A stretch of 28,040 nt of DNA. It comes from Verrucomicrobiota bacterium (GTDB lineage Bacteria > Verrucomicrobiota > Verrucomicrobiia > Chthoniobacterales > UBA6821). A program made the translations under genes and the position numbers. Shown here one piece after another: positions 25,862-28,040 of this stretch. Below the pieces are notes generated by a model that did not search any database, was not told the DNA's origin, and saw only the letters and a list, made by a program, of their open reading frames with translations. The stretch is from the NCBI GenBank assembly GCA_008932965.1, contig WBXG01000019.1, positions 1-28,040 of the forward strand, in the 5' to 3' direction. Numbering within the stretch: position 1 is the stretch's first letter; every line of letters begins with the position of its first letter.

Positions 25862-25905
25862 GCAGCCTCCGTAAGTGATTGGTATGAAATATCAGGGTAA
25901 GTGAT
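25862..25905. repeat. Solo terminal fragment of the palindromic repeat family
   Basis: CCTCCGTAAGTGATTGGTATGAAATATCAGGGTAAG matches the right terminus of the 27445-27630 copy (CTTACGTAGGTGATCTGAATGCAATATCCGGGTTAG). It lies about 80 nt upstream of tRNA-Arg. Confidence 0.55.
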
Positions 25906-25985
25906 CATTACCTTGTTGCAAAAAAGAATTTTCCTCTTTGCATTTGACCAACGCACCTTTTTGCACTTACCTATAGGACCTCATT

Positions 25986-26062
25986 GCGGCCGTAGCTCAA
26001 TTGGATAGAGCATCTGACTACGGATCAGAAGGTTCGGGGTTCGAATCCCTGCGGCCGCACCA
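25986..26062 (+). tRNA. tRNA-Arg, anticodon ACG, with encoded CCA
   Basis: Hand-folded cloverleaf. Acceptor GCGGCCG/CGGCCGC, D-arm GCTC-AATTGGATA-GAGC, anticodon arm TCTGA-CTACGGA-TCAGA (ACG at positions 34-36), variable loop AGGTT, T-arm CGGGG-TTCGAAT-CCCTG, discriminator A, then CCA. Confidence 0.92.
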
Positions 26063-26128
26063 GATCGTACTAGGCGTTAGTAATGAACTAGTATTTGCAC
26101 TTTCTTACCTCAATCATTTTTAAGTAAA

Positions 26129-27430
26129 TTGGGTAAATCTACTTCTCCGCTACAGCTCGCAGAATCACTACGCCTCAAAAAAGATTTTGTCTGGCTTGAT
26201 TCTTTACTTCCCCAGATATCTCGTTCACCCCAAGAAGAGGGACTTTCTCTTCTAGCTGCAGAGCCCGATCTCATTCTCGAAGGAGGACCTCATGATTGGT
26301 CTTTATTAAACGAAGAACTTCAAAAAAGAGCGCAGACTAGAAGCCATAGAGTACAGGAGGAAGTGTTTAAGCATTCTCATTCTAGAGCGAGGAGCACATG
26401 CACTCCACACCAACAACTCAGGGGTGACCACTCCACTTGTGAATCAGCATCTGGAGCTGCCATAGGTTACTTTCGTTATGATGGTTCCTTTTGTTTTGGA
26501 TTTTATGAACAAGTATATCGCCATGTAGCAACGCCAACAGCCTCGTACTGGTCCACCTCTCTTCCTGAAATGGAGTTGCAACAACCAAGGTTTACTGAAA
26601 TCACCCCTCTCTCTTTTCGCTCTCATCTTAGTGCCGACGAGTATTGTCAAAAAGTACTTCTAGCCCAGAAGGAGATTGCTGCTGGTAATATTTATCAAGT
26701 TTGCCTCGCACATCGCTTCCAAGCAGCTTTTAATCAAGATCCGTGGCCATACTACTTAGCACTACGCAAGAAAAGCCCTGCACCTTTTGCAGCCTATCTT
26801 CAACTAGGCCAAGAAACGATCTTATCCACTTCTCCAGAATGTTTCCTGAGGATAGAGGGGGATAAGATCAATACCTACCCAATTAAAGGAACCCGTCCTC
26901 GAGGAAGGTCTCAAGTAGAAGATGCACAGCAGCGATGGGAGCTTCAACACTCTCCCAAGGAAAAAGCAGAGCTCATCATGATTACGGATCTAGAGCGCAA
27001 TGATCTCAGTCAAATCTGTGAATATGGAAGTGTTACCACTCCTGAACTTCTTGAACTCAAATCTTATCCTCATCTCTATCATCTTGTTTCAAGAGTTCAA
27101 GGAAAGCTTCGTAAATCTATTTCTCATGTAGAAGCTGTTGCTGCCTGCTTTCCCGGAGGTTCTATTTCAGGAGTTCCAAAAAAAAAGGCCCTAGAAATTA
27201 TTGACCGACTAGAACCGGTGCCACGTGGTCTTTTTACCGGAGCTATTGGCTATTTTGGTTTTGATGGATCGAGTCAGTTTAGTATCGCCATTAGAACATT
27301 AGTCATTCATAACGCATGTGCAGAATTTCATGTCGGCGCAGGTATTACCAGCGATTCGATCCCTCATGAAGAATGGAAAGAGACCTTGCACAAAGCTGCA
27401 GGAATACTCGAAGCAACATCGATTGTTTAG
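26129..27430 (+). CDS. pabB: Aminodeoxychorismate synthase component I (chorismate-binding enzyme, PabB-type)
   Basis: PIKGTRPRG (a Lys here is the PabB hallmark, where TrpE has PIAGT), GGSISGVPK, GAIGYFGFDG and AGAGITSDS. There is a TTG start with no in-frame ATG before the conserved N-terminal F.WLDS segment. Confidence 0.8.
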   Translation: MGKSTSPLQLAESLRLKKDFVWLDSLLPQISRSPQEEGLSLLAAEPDLILEGGPHDWSLLNEELQKRAQTRSHRVQEEVFKHSHSRARSTCTPHQQLRGDHSTCESASGAAIGYFRYDGSFCFGFYEQVYRHVATPTASYWSTSLPEMELQQPRFTEITPLSFRSHLSADEYCQKVLLAQKEIAAGNIYQVCLAHRFQAAFNQDPWPYYLALRKKSPAPFAAYLQLGQETILSTSPECFLRIEGDKINTYPIKGTRPRGRSQVEDAQQRWELQHSPKEKAELIMITDLERNDLSQICEYGSVTTPELLELKSYPHLYHLVSRVQGKLRKSISHVEAVAACFPGGSISGVPKKKALEIIDRLEPVPRGLFTGAIGYFGFDGSSQFSIAIRTLVIHNACAEFHVGAGITSDSIPHEEWKETLHKAAGILEATSIV

Positions 27431-27444
27431 AGCATTTTAAATAG

Positions 27445-27630
27445 TTAGCCCGGATATTTCATACTGATCGCGACGAGGAGGCTAAGAAGACTGATGGGGT
27501 AAGGCAGACGAGCATTTTGATGCAGGGCTGTATGTGTACATACTGCCCAAATCAAAATGTGAGTCTAACGCAGCATCCATCTGACTTCCCTGCTTACGTA
27601 GGTGATCTGAATGCAATATCCGGGTTAGCC
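27445..27630. repeat. Complete 186-bp copy of the imperfect-palindrome (MITE/ERIC-like) repeat family
   Basis: The left terminus TTAGCCCGGATATTTCATACTGATC matches the reverse complement of the right terminus (GGCTAACCCGGATATTGCATTCAGATC). The arms are complementary along most of their length (e.g. CATTTTGAT / ATCAAAATG). The central hairpin is GGGCTGTATG-tgta-CATACTGCCC. It starts 14 nt after the pabB stop. Confidence 0.8.
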
Positions 27631-27635
27631 CAAAT

Positions 27636-27674
27636 ATAAAAAAATTAGCCCGGATTATTGCTAATCCGAGCTAA
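27636..27674 (-). terminator. Rho-independent terminator of the RRM-protein gene
   Basis: The minus-strand RNA reads UUAGCUCGGAUUA-gcaa-UAAUCCGGGCUAA, a 13-bp stem whose only non-Watson-Crick pair is G-U, followed by UUUUUUUAUA. It lies 54 nt downstream of the stop at 27729. Confidence 0.75.
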
Positions 27675-27728
27675 TTAGAATTTGAACTCTACTAATAAAA
27701 TTTAGCAGAGATAATCGCTAATCTAAGC

Positions 27729-28040
27729 CTAGCGAAAATCACGGCGAGGTTTACGACGATCATCAGAACGTCCTCCACCACCACCATAACCACCACCGTA
27801 GCCGCCTCCATCACCACGAGGAGCACGCTCTTCCATTGGACGTGCTTCGTTGATGGTCAGACGACGACCATTGACTTCTTGACCATTAAGTCCAGCAATT
27901 GCTGCTTCACCTTCTGCCTGGTTACCCATCGTCACAAATCCGAAGCCACGAGAGCGACGGGTTGTTTTGTCCATCAGGACAAATGAGTCAGTGACGGTGC
28001 CAAAGGGTGCAAAAACCTCTCGGAGATCTGCGTCTGTTAC
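27729..28040 (-). CDS. Glycine-rich RNA-binding protein (single RRM), 5'-truncated by the window edge
   Basis: RNP1 motif RGFGFVTM and a GGGYGGGYGGGGG..RR tail. The reading frame stays open upstream of the tracked Met to position 28040 (..VTDADLREVFAPFGTVTDSFVLMDKTT..), so the true start lies beyond the window. Confidence 0.85.
   Translation of the reverse strand, partial: VTDADLREVFAPFGTVTDSFVLMDKTTRRSRGFGFVTMGNQAEGEAAIAGLNGQEVNGRRLTINEARPMEERAPRGDGGGYGGGYGGGGGRSDDRRKPRRDFR

Noticed and set aside
25986-26062. tRNA-Arg as an integration site for a mobile element
   Set aside because: There is no integrase nearby and no direct repeat of the tRNA 3' end that I could find by eye in the window. 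The flanking genes are ordinary.
1-28040. A search for CRISPR arrays, tandem direct repeats, rRNA, toxin-antitoxin pairs, defence-system genes, in-frame stops or frameshifts in the large genes
   Set aside because: None was seen. The only repeated units are the irregularly spaced palindromic elements. All large respiratory ORFs are intact.

Overview
About 21.6 kb of this window (212-21854) is one co-directional minus-strand respiratory supercluster. Read in the direction of transcription it contains:
- Alternative Complex III: actA (pentahaem), actB (TAT, Mo-pterin-like plus FeS), actC, actD, actE, actF, and a 148-aa single-pass membrane protein.
- A cbb3-like trio: a CcoN homologue, a CcoO-like monohaem protein and a CcoP-like monohaem cytochrome c.
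- An aa3-type A1 oxidase (ctaC, ctaD), haem O/A synthesis (ctaA, ctaB), an untracked 38-aa membrane ORF, and ctaE.
- Assembly genes: SCO1/SenC, a small CxxC membrane protein, DUF420/CtaM-like, and a protein with Cys-rich tails.
- An APC-type permease fused to a USP domain.

The right-hand 6 kb holds housekeeping and accessory genes: a secreted chagasin-like protein, a GT-C-like polytopic membrane protein, DUF4239-like, DUF192, tRNA-Arg(ACG), pabB, and a 5'-truncated glycine-rich RRM protein with a clean intrinsic terminator.

The most unusual observation is the CcoN homologue (11372-12823). It aligns motif-for-motif with cbb3 subunit I, but every haem b, haem b3 and CuB histidine and the cross-link tyrosine is substituted, while its CcoO-like and CcoP-like partners keep their CxxCH sites. 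I read this as a possible non-catalytic scaffold or electron relay between ACIII and the aa3 oxidase.

The second notable feature is a family of about 190-bp imperfect-palindrome, MITE/ERIC-like repeats at four intergenic sites (1-203, 22082-22313, 25862-25905, 27445-27630). They sit at both ends of the respiratory cluster.

I found no CRISPR array, transposase, integrase or recognisable defence genes. The taxon cannot be determined from the sequence. ACIII plus aa3, weak Shine-Dalgarno signals, frequent TTG/GTG starts and moderate GC by eye fit a PVC/Verrucomicrobia-like or similar lineage, but that is a guess. Many ORF-track starts are the longest TTG/GTG options, and I shortened several to the first plausible ATG.
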